Shown here in pieces: positions 40,781-50,786 of a DNA stretch of 64,000 nucleotides; positions within the stretch are counted from its first letter, which is position 1; each line of letters opens with the position of its first letter. A program made the translations under genes and the position numbers. Below the pieces are notes generated by a model. It was not told the origin of the DNA. It ran no database searches and saw nothing but the letters and a program-made list of their open reading frames with translations. Source of the stretch: an uncultured archaeon (GTDB lineage Archaea; Thermoproteota; Nitrososphaeria; Nitrososphaerales; Gagatemarchaeaceae); NCBI GenBank assembly GCA_963799775.1, contig CAWCYD010000003.1, positions 1,568,001 to 1,632,000 of the forward strand. Reading direction: 5' to 3'.

Positions 40781-42359
40781 TCAATGGTAAACATTGATGA
40801 TCTGGAGTTGGAACACATCTAGAAACGGCTGGCCGTTGACGCTCTCGTTCAGGACTATTGTGACACTCTCTTGCGGTGTGTTGGCAAATGTATTGATGCA
40901 CACTTGGAAGTAGTAGGGCTGGTCAGCCTGGATCACGAGCGAAGAATTGACAGGGAAGACCTGGAGCCAATTGGGGAGCGGGGACCTCCGTATCATTCTG
41001 GATTAAGCCGACCCCCGTGAAATTCACGGATAGGGTCGCATTTGAGATCATGCCAGGTGTGGGATCATAGACACCGGCTCCAATGGCGTAGTTGGTCTGA
41101 TCGGTCCCTATCTCTGCCGCCTGTGCGCCGGGAGAAAAGCCGACCGGCCCTGGTGAGCTCAATATGTGCGGGTTCCCGTCTGCATTGTTCAGCGCTATCA
41201 GGCCCTCTCCCATCAGGCCCTTGACGGAACCAGAAGCGTCGATGAAGAGAGAGTCGTTGAATGGGTTTGCGGGCGGAGGTGGGATATGGGTCTGCGGAGG
41301 AGGCGGTATTCCGACGCCGATCCCAAAGAGGAGCAGCGTAGAGGTCGCCCCCTGGGGGCCGACGTTCTCAAGGTGAGAAGGACTGAACTCCATCCAGGCG
41401 CCCTTCGGGACATCTGGAGAACTGAGATACACATCGGTCGTTGTGTTCGATGTCACAGTGACCTGGAACTTTTGTCCGCTAGCGAAGAAATCGTTCGGCC
41501 CGGCGTTCGACCCACATGAGCTCGCGTAGAGGTACACCCATGAGTAGGACGGCCCGCTGATCGTGACCTTGATTCCCTGCTGGATGGCGGTCGCATCACG
41601 CGCCATGAAGTAGACTGAGCCTATCGGCCTGACGGTGCGAAAGTCGAAGATGTACCCGCCCGGATGGGCGGAGAACTGTCCGCTGAAGCCTCCGCCTGGG
41701 AAACCACCTCCTGGGATCGAGACGCTCCTTGTCACGTTCTGGAGCGTCCCGGATAGAACCAGGGGTCGGAGGTCAGTAGAGTTGATCATCGCATCAGGCG
41801 TGAAGTAAACTGTGAGGTTCAGTTGCAATCCATTAAGGTCGGTACCTCGGAACGTGAATTGAATGGAAGCATTGTTCGAGAGTTCGAAGCCGAAGAGCTG
41901 CTCATGCAGGACTCCGCTCCATGAGGGTGGCTCGGGCTCGGAGACGTCCGTAGACATGTTGAATGTCTGAGGGACACCGACGGTGGACTCGGAAGAGGTG
42001 CACATTGGCGTGCTCCCGTTGGGGTAGGACGTCGCACAGTCTTCGTGGTACATCGTGGGAAGCCCCGAAGCGTTGAGAAGCGTGTCCTCGCTCGCAGCCA
42101 AGACCGAGCTAAAGGAAGAAGAGTTCTGAACATTGGCGCTGACGGTTGTCGAGTTCGCGCTAGAAGACGTAACGGTCGCAGGCGAGGACGTAGCGCTTTA
42201 TGGAGAGCCGGGGGTCTGCGTCGAAGCATTCGTCGTCGGCGAAAATCCTCTGGTGATCGATTGCGTGGGAGTGGAAGGGAGAGATAGAAACACAAGCAGC
42301 GAGGCTATCGCTACTGTGGCCAGAACGCCTCCCACAAGAGCTCCTTCGTTCCTCCTCAA
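40781..42359 (-). CDS. Secreted/anchored protein, paralog of 55835..57415 (frameshifts near 42110 and 40980)
   Basis: Shared GVPQTFNMS, AHPGGYIFDFRTVR, GLMGEGLIALN, IQADQPYYFQ.C. Confidence 0.75.
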
Positions 42360-42713
42360 GGTCACCAATGGAGTTCCAAGGCATTGGTACTATTATCTCC
42401 TGTGAAGCTTCCCTCCCTCCTGAGCTAAAGGGCAGAGGTGGGTGAGGGCACCGAGATTTGCGTGGAAGAAGAGCCGCCGTCTGAGTGATAGCCAACCCTG
42501 CCGACTATCGTGAGCGCAACCAAGACGGTCACTGTCGCCGCCGCGCTCCTCATAGTCTTCAGATTTACGGAGACTCTCGTCAGCGATGGGGCGGTTCTGT
42601 GCACCACGCCGCCTTGGTGTGCTCTTTTGACAGGCGGACCGTGAGCTGAAGCCCTTCTCGACTTCACAAGAGTTTTTGACCATCCTCTGGCTATTCTTTT
42701 TCAGTCTGTCCCC

Positions 42714-43442
42714 ATGAAGAGGAAAGAAGCTAGCTTCATAGTGATACAAACAGGAATCCTAGTGGCTGTGCTTCTGCTCGTCTCCCTCCCCATACAGTCT
42801 CCATCGCCGCCGCCAAGTCCTCCAAATCCGATGGAAGAAACGTGCGCACAGACCCAGTCTTCAACCGCTCCACCTACCCTCCTAAGTCCTGTCAAAAACG
42901 AGACGACATTATCGAACGGCACGGTCGTCGACGAAACGTACTATCCCGTCCTGCTCCTTCGACCCGATACGACAGGAGCAATCTGCGTCAGGTATACCGA
43001 CCCGCTTTCGAAGGTGTCACAGAACCTTGTCGGAGCTACGTCGCTTTCCACCGGGATATTCGAGGTCAACAAGTCCTCGGGCGGAGGGGGAGAGACGATG
43101 GGGGTGGTTCCGCTCCCTCGAGGTGGCATCCTCAGCATCAGCGCGAGCCCTTCTCTGATCCAAGTCCAACCCGGCAGGAGCGAGGTCATCGCTTACACAT
43201 TGACATCGGGGAATTCGACCGGTGTGTATGAAGCAATGATGCCGCCGTGGGGCTACTGCTGGGGGCTACCGATATTTGTCGGGGGGAGCCCTTCCCAGCT
43301 CAATGCTACGGACTATTCTCAACTCGCTTTCATCACTAACCTGGCATGCTTTCCGCCTGGTGCAAGCAATCTCGTTGTGCTCTCAATCGCTTTCAGTAAC
43401 ATCGCGTTGGAATATGTGAGCCAGCCTGGCAGCAATGATTGA
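42714..43442 (+). CDS. Secreted/anchored Cys-containing protein
   Basis: Leader MKRKEASF..LLLVSLP; TTLSNGTV..PVLL..CVRY shared with 58742..59968. Confidence 0.7.
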   Translation: MKRKEASFIVIQTGILVAVLLLVSLPIQSPSPPPSPPNPMEETCAQTQSSTAPPTLLSPVKNETTLSNGTVVDETYYPVLLLRPDTTGAICVRYTDPLSKVSQNLVGATSLSTGIFEVNKSSGGGGETMGVVPLPRGGILSISASPSLIQVQPGRSEVIAYTLTSGNSTGVYEAMMPPWGYCWGLPIFVGGSPSQLNATDYSQLAFITNLACFPPGASNLVVLSIAFSNIALEYVSQPGSND

Positions 43443-43634
43443 TTCTTCGACTACCCATGGAAGTAGTGGCATCCTCGTAAGGTTCGAAATCATTCTCACG
43501 CCTTGAGCGAGACGTGTTTGATTCCCTGGGGTCAAGGTAGGCGAGGAGTTCACTGTGTTAGGGGTTCATTGCGGCAAAGTTTGGACAAATCTATTTACCG
43601 CGCCGAGTGGAATGACCCTGCAGCGTCTTGGGCC

Positions 43635-44832
43635 TTGCCCAGTCGAAACACTTTCGGTTACGCCGCAATTCTCGCCGCTGCGATAGCGTGTGTTCTTGCC
43701 CTCGACCTTGTGGTCTTCCCCGTCTACCTGCCGCCGGTTGGCCCAAGCCAAACGTCGACGGGCGAGGCTAATGCCCAGCTCGGCTTACGCCTCACCCTCT
43801 CGCTGAACTCTACGAGGGTCGCATTCGGTGGACGCATCCAGATTGGCGTCGAGGAGCGGAACACCCTCTCGCGAGAGTGAACAACGTCACGGCCGCCGAT
43901 GACTGGCCGGCTGTGGGGCTTGACCTGGCCGCCGGGCCGAGGTCGATCTGCCCGGAGAGGGACGACATGGGGATAATCATCTACGAGGGTCCGCTAGACT
44001 TTGGAAACGTGTCCAGCGTGACCGGGGAGCAGATTGCGCCTGAAGGGGGTGCGTCATGCCCTTTTGTGCCGGGAATAATCTACTCGTACCAGTTTCAGGC
44101 CTCGAGCGACAACGCCACGGAGGCGTATGGCTGCAAGCCGGGCGCTTCTAACTCATCCGGGCCCGGCACGTCCTGTAGCTGCGTCCCTAGATCCTGTTCC
44201 CCTTTGGGCGTGAAGCCGGCGTTGACACAGAAGACCCTCGTCGTAAGAGGCTACTATGTCAATTTCACCACCCTCCACGCTTTTGCACCTGGTGAGTACT
44301 CGTGGTCGCGGGAGACGAATGGGGCGACGTCGCAATAGCTCACTTCACGGTCACGAGCCCGGGCTGCAAGACCTTGGACGATTCGCTGCCGTTTCCGGCA
44401 CTCCAGGAGAGAACCATCGGGGTCATCAACGAGCCAGGGGCCTGGGCATTCACTGCGAGTCTGGACAGCGCGGTGGGCTTTTTTGGAAGGAACGTGACAA
44501 TAAGCGCCAGCCTGGTGAACGTTGGGAACACATCTGAGAAGATCGAGCTCGTGGTTCCCATAATCGCACGTCTTCAGGTGCTCCGGAGTGATGGGAGCGC
44601 GGCTTGGACCTACGCCGCTCCATCACCCTTTCCATTACCCTTTTCGCCTAGTCTCTCCCTGGAGGATGTCACTCCCGACCAGCGGTTCAGCGATTCGGTT
44701 GGAATCCCCACCTCGCAGTTGCAACTCGGACAGAACTATACCGTGGTGGTTAGCCCGACATTCTTCGCCTCGCCGCCGTCAGCTCCCATCTCCTCCGGCT
44801 TGGGAATCACCTTCCCGCTGATGATCTGTTAA
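43635..44832 (+). CDS. Secreted/anchored GDEWG-domain protein with extra Ig-like domain (frameshifts near 43875 and 44320)
   Basis: TM, LTLSLNST, NNVTAADDWP, VAGDEWG across three frames. Confidence 0.65.
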
Positions 44833-44902
44833 GGGTTCATTGCTCCTCCGCTTGCGCGTTTCATCCGCACGTTGGACTACAGTTATGGCTTGGGCATAAT
44901 CC

Positions 44903-45910
44903 TTAGGCGGACTTGGACACTGGCCCAACCACCCATACTACAAAGGAAGCTGAACAGTAGACCTCACCGTTCGAAGGCTCGACCATGAGTACGCCAAAGA
45001 TGTTCCCCACGATTGGATCACGAATCGTCGCGATCGGCGTGTTCGTGCTACCCGATATGACCACGATTGAAGACACAATTGTGGAGTTAGTCCGCTCGCT
45101 CGTCGATACGTAAAGATCTCCTGTGGCATTGTCGAACGCGAGGGCTGAGGGCGAGCCACCGAGTGCTATCGTCCCGTCGGCAGAATTGGTCGAACCTGAG
45201 ATGACAAAGATGCTGTCGTCATACATCGTGCTCAGGACATAGATGTTGCCGTTCGACGGATCCAGCACTGGTGTCTTGGGCGCGTACCCGACCGTAAGGT
45301 TGGCGATGACAGAGTTGGTTTGACCGGAAACCACAGAGACAAAACCGCGTGTCCAGCCGATACAACCATTGCAAGTAGGGAAGCCCGCACCATAGTCTGG
45401 CACGTAGATATCTCCGTTAAGAGGGTCGAATAATGGCGTAGCAGGATTTAGACCTACTTGCAAATCGGCAACTATCTCGTTTGTGGATCCTGATATCACT
45501 GATAGAGTGCCCCCGGGCGAAACACCGCGATTGGAACTGTTACCGAGATGAGGCACGTAGATGTCACCATTCGTCGGGTCGAGTGTAGGGGTGGCGTCTT
45601 CCTGGCCGAGCTGCATGGTTGAGACAAGTGCATTAGTCGTCCCAGATATTATTGAGATGGCATTGACGTCGGGCACATACAGGTCACCGTTGAGCGGATC
45701 AAACAACGGAGTCAAGGGCTCGATGCCAACTTCAATCCTGGCGCCGTCAACTCGTAGAGACCTGTCGCTGCGACCACGATGAGCAGAGTGCAAACGAACG
45801 CGAGAGATGCTGATTGTATGGCATGCCTGTGACGCTTCGCTAGCCAATCCAAGACCCTCTACACGTTCGAGCGTAATGGTCTGCGGGTCTATTTCAAGTC
45901 GCCGAATCAA
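44903..45910 (-). CDS. YVTN beta-propeller protein (5' end uncertain)
   Basis: Repeated TPLFDPLNGDIYVP...VISG.TN units; no clear signal peptide. Confidence 0.7.
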   Translation of the reverse strand: MIRRLEIDPQTITLERVEGLGLASEASQACHTISISRVRLHSAHRGRSDRSLRVDGARIEVGIEPLTPLFDPLNGDLYVPDVNAISIISGTTNALVSTMQLGQEDATPTLDPTNGDIYVPHLGNSSNRGVSPGGTLSVISGSTNEIVADLQVGLNPATPLFDPLNGDIYVPDYGAGFPTCNGCIGWTRGFVSVVSGQTNSVIANLTVGYAPKTPVLDPSNGNIYVLSTMYDDSIFVISGSTNSADGTIALGGSPSALAFDNATGDLYVSTSERTNSTIVSSIVVISGSTNTPIATIRDPIVGNIFGVLMVEPSNGEVYCSASFVVWVVGPVSKSA

Positions 45911-45996
45911 TCCTTCGGGTCAGCGTCCGCTAGCCGGCTGAAAATGCGAGCGTTCGCCGAACAAAGGGTTCATTGCGCCTCCCGATTCTATTCGCC

Positions 45997-46587
45997 TTAG
46001 GGGGTGAAGGCGCCCAGGAACGCGAGACATCCGTAGTCTGTCCCATTGACGGTCTCCGTGGTGTATCCTATGCAACCATACACGCTCTGTCCCACTACCG
46101 GGGCTTTCACTCCGCCGAATTTCTGGGAGAAGATGGCCGTGAAGTTCGTGATGGTCCCAGTTGCTGTAATACTGGAGATGTAATACGAGGGAGAGCTCGT
46201 GCAGCTCGTGGCGGCACCACCACCGAAATTGTTCCCCGAACCGTAGGTCAGATCGACGCAATCCAGGCCCTTGTCGAGAGTAGTGCCGATGTCCGATGGC
46301 TGGTCTATGTTCGTGATTAGAAAGGTGCAGGTGTCGTTGCTGATACTGCACCCGGTTAGGTCAACACCCTTGGTCGGGCCGATGAACTCGTTGGAGAATT
46401 CGCCCGCGCCCGTTGGCTGCGAGGTCGTCGTTGTCACAATCGTGCTCGTCAGGTAGCTCGTCTGGAACAGGGTGGTTGTGGAGGTGGACGTCTCGGTGCG
46501 GACTGTGGAGGTGCCTGCAAAATATCCAACGCCAAGGCTCACCACTAGGAGGACTGTCACTGAAAGTGCAAGTAACTCGCGCTTCAA
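45997..46587 (-). CDS. Secreted/anchored T-rich, Cys-containing protein
   Basis: TM LGVGYFAG (like 39407..40567), T-rich linker, six Cys. Confidence 0.65.
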   Translation of the reverse strand: MKRELLALSVTVLLVVSLGVGYFAGTSTVRTETSTSTTTLFQTSYLTSTIVTTTTSQPTGAGEFSNEFIGPTKGVDLTGCSISNDTCTFLITNIDQPSDIGTTLDKGLDCVDLTYGSGNNFGGGAATSCTSSPSYYISSITATGTITNFTAIFSQKFGGVKAPVVGQSVYGCIGYTTETVNGTDYGCLAFLGAFTP

Positions 46588-46701
46588 CTCGAATCGAGAG
46601 AGGCCCGCCTTCCTATTGAAGGCTAGGGAGGAATCCTCTCGCGCGTGGGGGCAAATTGCCGCCATGCATATGGGTTCATTGCGCCTCCGTCGGGGATTGC
46701 G

Positions 46702-47781
46702 CTAGGGGCAGGTCGATGACAAGTAAGCAATCGTGACGTTCGTCCTCCCTGAAGGAAGATATAGGCTCGCGCACGTCGTCGAGAGCGGGGAAAGGCCCGC
46801 CGTCAACGTGTAGCTCTGGCCTGAGTATTTGACGAGGATTGAATATCCCCCGATGTTGTAGGTTCCCAATGAGTACCACTCTCGGCCTCCTGATGTAGTG
46901 AAGTATTGGGACTGTGGCTGACCGCATGGCTGTCCATTGACCGAGTCGGGGTGGGTGGTCGCATTCACCATCGCTCCCACCACAGGCGTCTGGTTCGAGT
47001 CCCAGATGACTCGGAGGTCGAAGCCGTCGGCCTGGCCTGTGATGACGCACTGCTCTGATGTCGAGGTCGTCTGCAGTGGAGACGTGGAGGAGGAGGATTC
47101 GGGAGTCGTACCGGGACCCAGTGTGAAGTTGGCTTCCAGCACTGAAGCCGAGCCCGTGCCGTCACCCGCGGCCAAGCTATAGTTCCCCGCTGTCACTGCG
47201 CCCATCCCCACCGTGACTACGCCTCCACTTTCGCCCGGCGCGGCAGTGTTCCAATCGGTTTCGCACGAGTCTCCAGTCGGAGACGGCGTCCCCGGCGCTC
47301 CCAGGGCGATGCATGGAGCCGTCTGGAGGACTAGGCTTCCAGTTGAGTTGGTAATCGTGAATGCCACCGTGTCGCTGTCGTAGAGTGATGCCGCCAAGCA
47401 GACGTCATCCCCGACCTTTGCGTTGGTAGAGACGTACAGCATCCCCTGCGAGTTCGAAGCCACCAGAGCGCAATCGCAGCCTGGCCATCCGGTCTCAGTG
47501 ACGGTGTAGGACGAGTTGCCTGTGTGGCCGGGGGAAGGAGCGCACTCTGACGAACTGACAGATTGAGACGAATTGGACCCAGTGAGGAACGTGCTTGTCG
47601 ACTGTGAGGTGGACGGAGAGGAGCTGATGGTGCTCGCCGGCCCGCCCGGATTAGTGTACGAGAAGTAGGAGTAAGTTGCCCCGGCGACCACGATCGCTGT
47701 AATCACCAGGAGGACCATGGCTGTCCGCTGGATTGCTACTCTTCGAGGCAACGCGCAATCGCTCTTTTCTTGAGGCGTCAT
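46702..47781 (-). CDS. Secreted/anchored two-domain S/T-rich protein
   Basis: Class III-like leader RRVA-IQRTAMVLLV, S/T linkers, paired Cys. Confidence 0.65.
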   Translation of the reverse strand: MTPQEKSDCALPRRVAIQRTAMVLLVITAIVVAGATYSYFSYTNPGGPASTISSSPSTSQSTSTFLTGSNSSQSVSSSECAPSPGHTGNSSYTVTETGWPGCDCALVASNSQGMLYVSTNAKVGDDVCLAASLYDSDTVAFTITNSTGSLVLQTAPCIALGAPGTPSPTGDSCETDWNTAAPGESGGVVTVGMGAVTAGNYSLAAGDGTGSASVLEANFTLGPGTTPESSSSTSPLQTTSTSEQCVITGQADGFDLRVIWDSNQTPVVGAMVNATTHPDSVNGQPCGQPQSQYFTTSGGREWYSLGTYNIGGYSILVKYSGQSYTLTAGLSPLSTTCASLYLPSGRTNVTIAYLSSTCP

Positions 47782-47879
47782 TCGTGATATACTTTTGTCC
47801 GAACGTTACAGCTCACGCTAGCTTATCGAAAATGCGGGCATTCGCCGAGCATAGGGTTCATCGCGCCTCCGCCGGAGAT

Positions 47880-48341
47880 TCACGACGGTCTCGCAGCGAT
47901 GCCGTCTGCACAAATCTGTGAGTGAGGCGCAGGGTCGCTCGAACCCGAATGCACGCCCGACTCAGGGCTTCCCCGTCTTTGGTAGAGGAAGATGGCTCCC
48001 AGAGCAAGAGCGAAGCCAACAAGCCAGACGAGGATAATCCCAGGTCCCACAGGGACGTGGAGGAGCCCGAAGAGCTCGGGCGAGCAACGCCCACCGATCC
48101 CGGTAACGAGACTCGTGCTCGTGTAGTTGGCCGGGTAGGTACCCGAAACAGTCCCTCTGCCGACGGTGCTCGACCAAACGCAGACGTACCCGAACGAGGT
48201 CGTGACGGTGGTCGTCCCCGTGATGGTCCCGGCCACGGGAAAGAAATCGACGACCCCTCTCGGGGCGAGGCTCATCACGAAGAGCACGTAGAGCACGGCG
48301 AAGACGGCCACGACGATGCTTAGGCTGGGAAGGAGCCTCAA
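47880..48341 (-). CDS. Two-TM membrane protein
   Basis: N- and C-terminal TM with T-rich loop. Confidence 0.5.
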   Translation of the reverse strand: MRLLPSLSIVVAVFAVLYVLFVMSLAPRGVVDFFPVAGTITGTTTVTTSFGYVCVWSSTVGRGTVSGTYPANYTSTSLVTGIGGRCSPELFGLLHVPVGPGIILVWLVGFALALGAIFLYQRRGSPESGVHSGSSDPAPHSQICADGIAARPS

Positions 48342-48422
48342 GTGTCAGCTTCTATGTTCTAGAGAACCTCCAGGGCTTTATCCCATTCGTCGCAGTCACA
48401 GTGGTAATGGTGGGCTTTCCTC

Positions 48423-49361
48423 CTATGAGAGGACGGTAATCTCGAGCAGGACATTCATGTCGCACGTGAAGAAGAACTGCAGAGTCACACTTCCGTTGAA
48501 GAGGGAGACTGGTCCCTGACCGAAGTCGGGAGGCCAGCTCTGGCCATTCCAAGCTCCAAGGTTGGTGTAATTTGCAACCTGTGTCGTTTGCCCGTTTGAG
48601 ACGTGCAGAAAGACCTGAGGCCAAAGGTAGACGACCTGAGGAGTGTTGGAGTAGGCGACCGCCCTGACCGCGTACCCTCCCACGCTTACCGACGTGCCAT
48701 TCCATTGCCAAGAGTTGAACTGGGCAGTCACGTTGAGGACTGAGACAGCCTTGGTTGTGGAACTCGAGTTGGAAGGCGCTTGGCCCGAATAGCAGGTTGA
48801 GGTTTGGACCGTGCTGCTTGGGGGAACAATCTGAACCTGCACCGTATAGGAGAACTGCGTTCCGTTCACGAGGGTTCCACTGATCGTAAGAGGATATTCG
48901 AGGCTGCTGTCAATTGAATAGCCGATCAAAGTACGCGTTTCCTGGATGCTTTGGCCAAGCAGGAGGGGATTCGACGAGTTCACGTTGAACACGAAGGATT
49001 ACGGGACGGACGGTCCTCCGGGAAGCCTTGGTAGGGTCGCGTTCAGAGAGGTGATTGGAGTCTCGCCCGTATTCTTCAAGGATATGCTGATTACCGGCCC
49101 TCCCGGATTGGGGGGCGGGATCGGACCCGTTACCGAAACGACCTGGACGGGGCCATTGGATGTAGTCACCGTCTGGGTATTGTTCTCAGAGACATTCGTG
49201 ACTGTTCCAGAAGTGGTCGTCTCACAGCAGAGAATTGTGGTCTGAGAAGTCGCGGAAGGTGATGACGTCACGGCAAGGTAACCCGCTGCAACAGCGGCCA
49301 CGATTATGACGGCCACGAAAGCGACTGCGGCCCCCGCAACTGCTTTCCGGTTCCGAGCCAT
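48423..49361 (-). CDS. Secreted/anchored protein (frameshift near 49000)
   Basis: RNRKA-VAGAAVAF leader; VQVVSVTGP...SLKNTG joins F.VNSSNPLL frame. Confidence 0.6.
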
Positions 49362-49561
49362 GCAAAGTCGATGATGAACACGCCAACGCGCCATTAGTAC
49401 TTTTGTCCGAACGCTCCAGCTCTAGCTGGATTCGAGAAAATGCGGGCTGGACCATGCATAAGGGTTCAGTGCGCCTTCGCCGGTGAAAGTTCCAGAAGGC
49501 GTATCTATCCCGGGAGCAGGCAAAGCGGTGATGCTGATGGTAGGATCTCGACTTTCATTGG

Positions 49562-50071
49562 ATGGCTAGGGTCTCAACTTTGGAACTTACCCTTCAGGAT
49601 TACTTGGTCTGGCTGAAGAGACTCTCCGTATTGGGGATGTTCGGTGGTTACATCATCGGAAGACTGCCTCCCCCGCCCCTCACGTGCAACAATCCTCAGG
49701 TAATCAACGGACAACCTTTCTGCATGTATAGTGGGCCCGTCATCCCGCCCATAACCGCTGTCGTAGGAATCCCGATGCTCTTGCTCTCGGCTTTCGGGCT
49801 TGCCTCCTTCTTCCTGATCAGGCAGATCGCCCCCGGCGAAACGGGAGGTGCGATGAGCAGTATCTGGCTCGTGCTTGCCGTGGCTATCATGCTGCCGCTT
49901 ACGGTATTCACTTACGAGGAACAGGCGACACTCGCGTGGTTCGGGACACCGCTCACACCGCTGACTGTGGGAATCGGAGTACCAATCATTGCTTGCTCGG
50001 TCTTCAGGTTCGTCAGGCCCTACAAGGTCAAGTGGACACCCGAAGCTAACGAGAGTGAACTATTCGCCTAG
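49562..50071 (+). CDS. Multi-TM membrane protein
   Basis: Four hydrophobic segments. Confidence 0.55.
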   Translation: MARVSTLELTLQDYLVWLKRLSVLGMFGGYIIGRLPPPPLTCNNPQVINGQPFCMYSGPVIPPITAVVGIPMLLLSAFGLASFFLIRQIAPGETGGAMSSIWLVLAVAIMLPLTVFTYEEQATLAWFGTPLTPLTVGIGVPIIACSVFRFVRPYKVKWTPEANESELFA

Positions 50072-50171
50072 GTCTCTCTCGTCGCTTGCTTGTGGCAGCC
50101 TTCGTCGTGAAATGGGTTCATTGCGCCTCCGCCGGGCATTTCATTCACTCGTTGGGCAAACGGTTCTCCCA

Positions 50172-50402
50172 TCAATCGAGCAAGTCTAGGAATTGCTCAA
50201 CGGTAAATCCAGCCTCACTGATTATCGCTCTTAGGGTTCCTCGGGGAATCTCATCATAGTTCGGAATGGCAATCCTGCGATGGGGCGGCTCTTCGCGCCT
50301 GAGAACTATGTGGCTTCCCTTTTGATGGTCGAACCTGTAGCCAATCTTCGATAATGCTTTGACGACTTCCTTTGCCGAAAGAATCGGAAGCTTCCTAGGC
50401 AT
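50172..50402 (-). CDS. hicA: HicA toxin
   Basis: SAKEVVKALSKIGY...QKGSHIVL...IP...EIPRGTLRAI. Confidence 0.9.
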   Translation of the reverse strand: MPRKLPILSAKEVVKALSKIGYRFDHQKGSHIVLRREEPPHRRIAIPNYDEIPRGTLRAIISEAGFTVEQFLDLLD

Positions 50403-50634
50403 TCATTTCAACTGTCACGATTTCCTCGTTTATCGGAGGCGGAACAGGCTCGTTATGCTTCTGCAAGCTTTCGATGTAAGCTTGGATTGCCTCTTTGATG
50501 TTCTTCAGTGCCTCGGCCCTCGTCGACCCGGAAGAGATGCAGCCTGGCAGCTCGGGGACTCTCGCAGTGAACTTGCCATCCTCGTCCTGTTCGATCAGGG
50601 TCCGATACCGCAGTTTGAGTTTCCGCGAAGCCAT
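50395..50634 (-). CDS. hicB: HicB antitoxin
   Basis: EQDEDGKFTARVPELPGCISSGSTRAEALKNIKEAI. Confidence 0.9.
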   Translation of the reverse strand: MASRKLKLRYRTLIEQDEDGKFTARVPELPGCISSGSTRAEALKNIKEAIQAYIESLQKHNEPVPPPINEEIVTVEMNA

Positions 50635-50786
50635 GCGGAGGAACGGAGCTCTGTCGCTCGATATAACTATCTCGGCGGTCGGTGTGGAGTGACCAAGACG
50701 AGGGAAGCTTAGCCGCCGTGCTAAGAAGGTTCATTGCGCCTCCGCCGGGGCGCTGATTGCTTGACCCTCACGAGTTCGAGCCTTTC

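Larger units (their letters stand above)
40655..50748 (+). repeat. Array of nine co-oriented ~20-bp repeats GGGTTCATTGCGCCTCCGCCGG separating gene cassettes
   Basis: Copies at 40655, 43562, 44833, 45966, 46672, 47854, 49462, 50114, 50728; all intergenic given the likely gene starts. Confidence 0.88.

Noticed and set aside
42425-42563. Short ORF resembling a surface-protein N-terminus
   Set aside because: Only ~45 codons; probably a decayed remnant and not supportable as a gene
40655-50748. CRISPR array interpretation of the repeats
   Set aside because: Intervals are 0.6-2.9 kb and contain genes; no cas genes
45966-50748. Repeat as Shine-Dalgarno + ATG of leader peptides (minus strand GGAGGCGCAATG) or as a group II intron 5' remnant (TTGCGCC/GTGCGCC)
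   Set aside because: ATG is lost in one copy and downstream frames are not conserved; no intron domains or RT gene are visible
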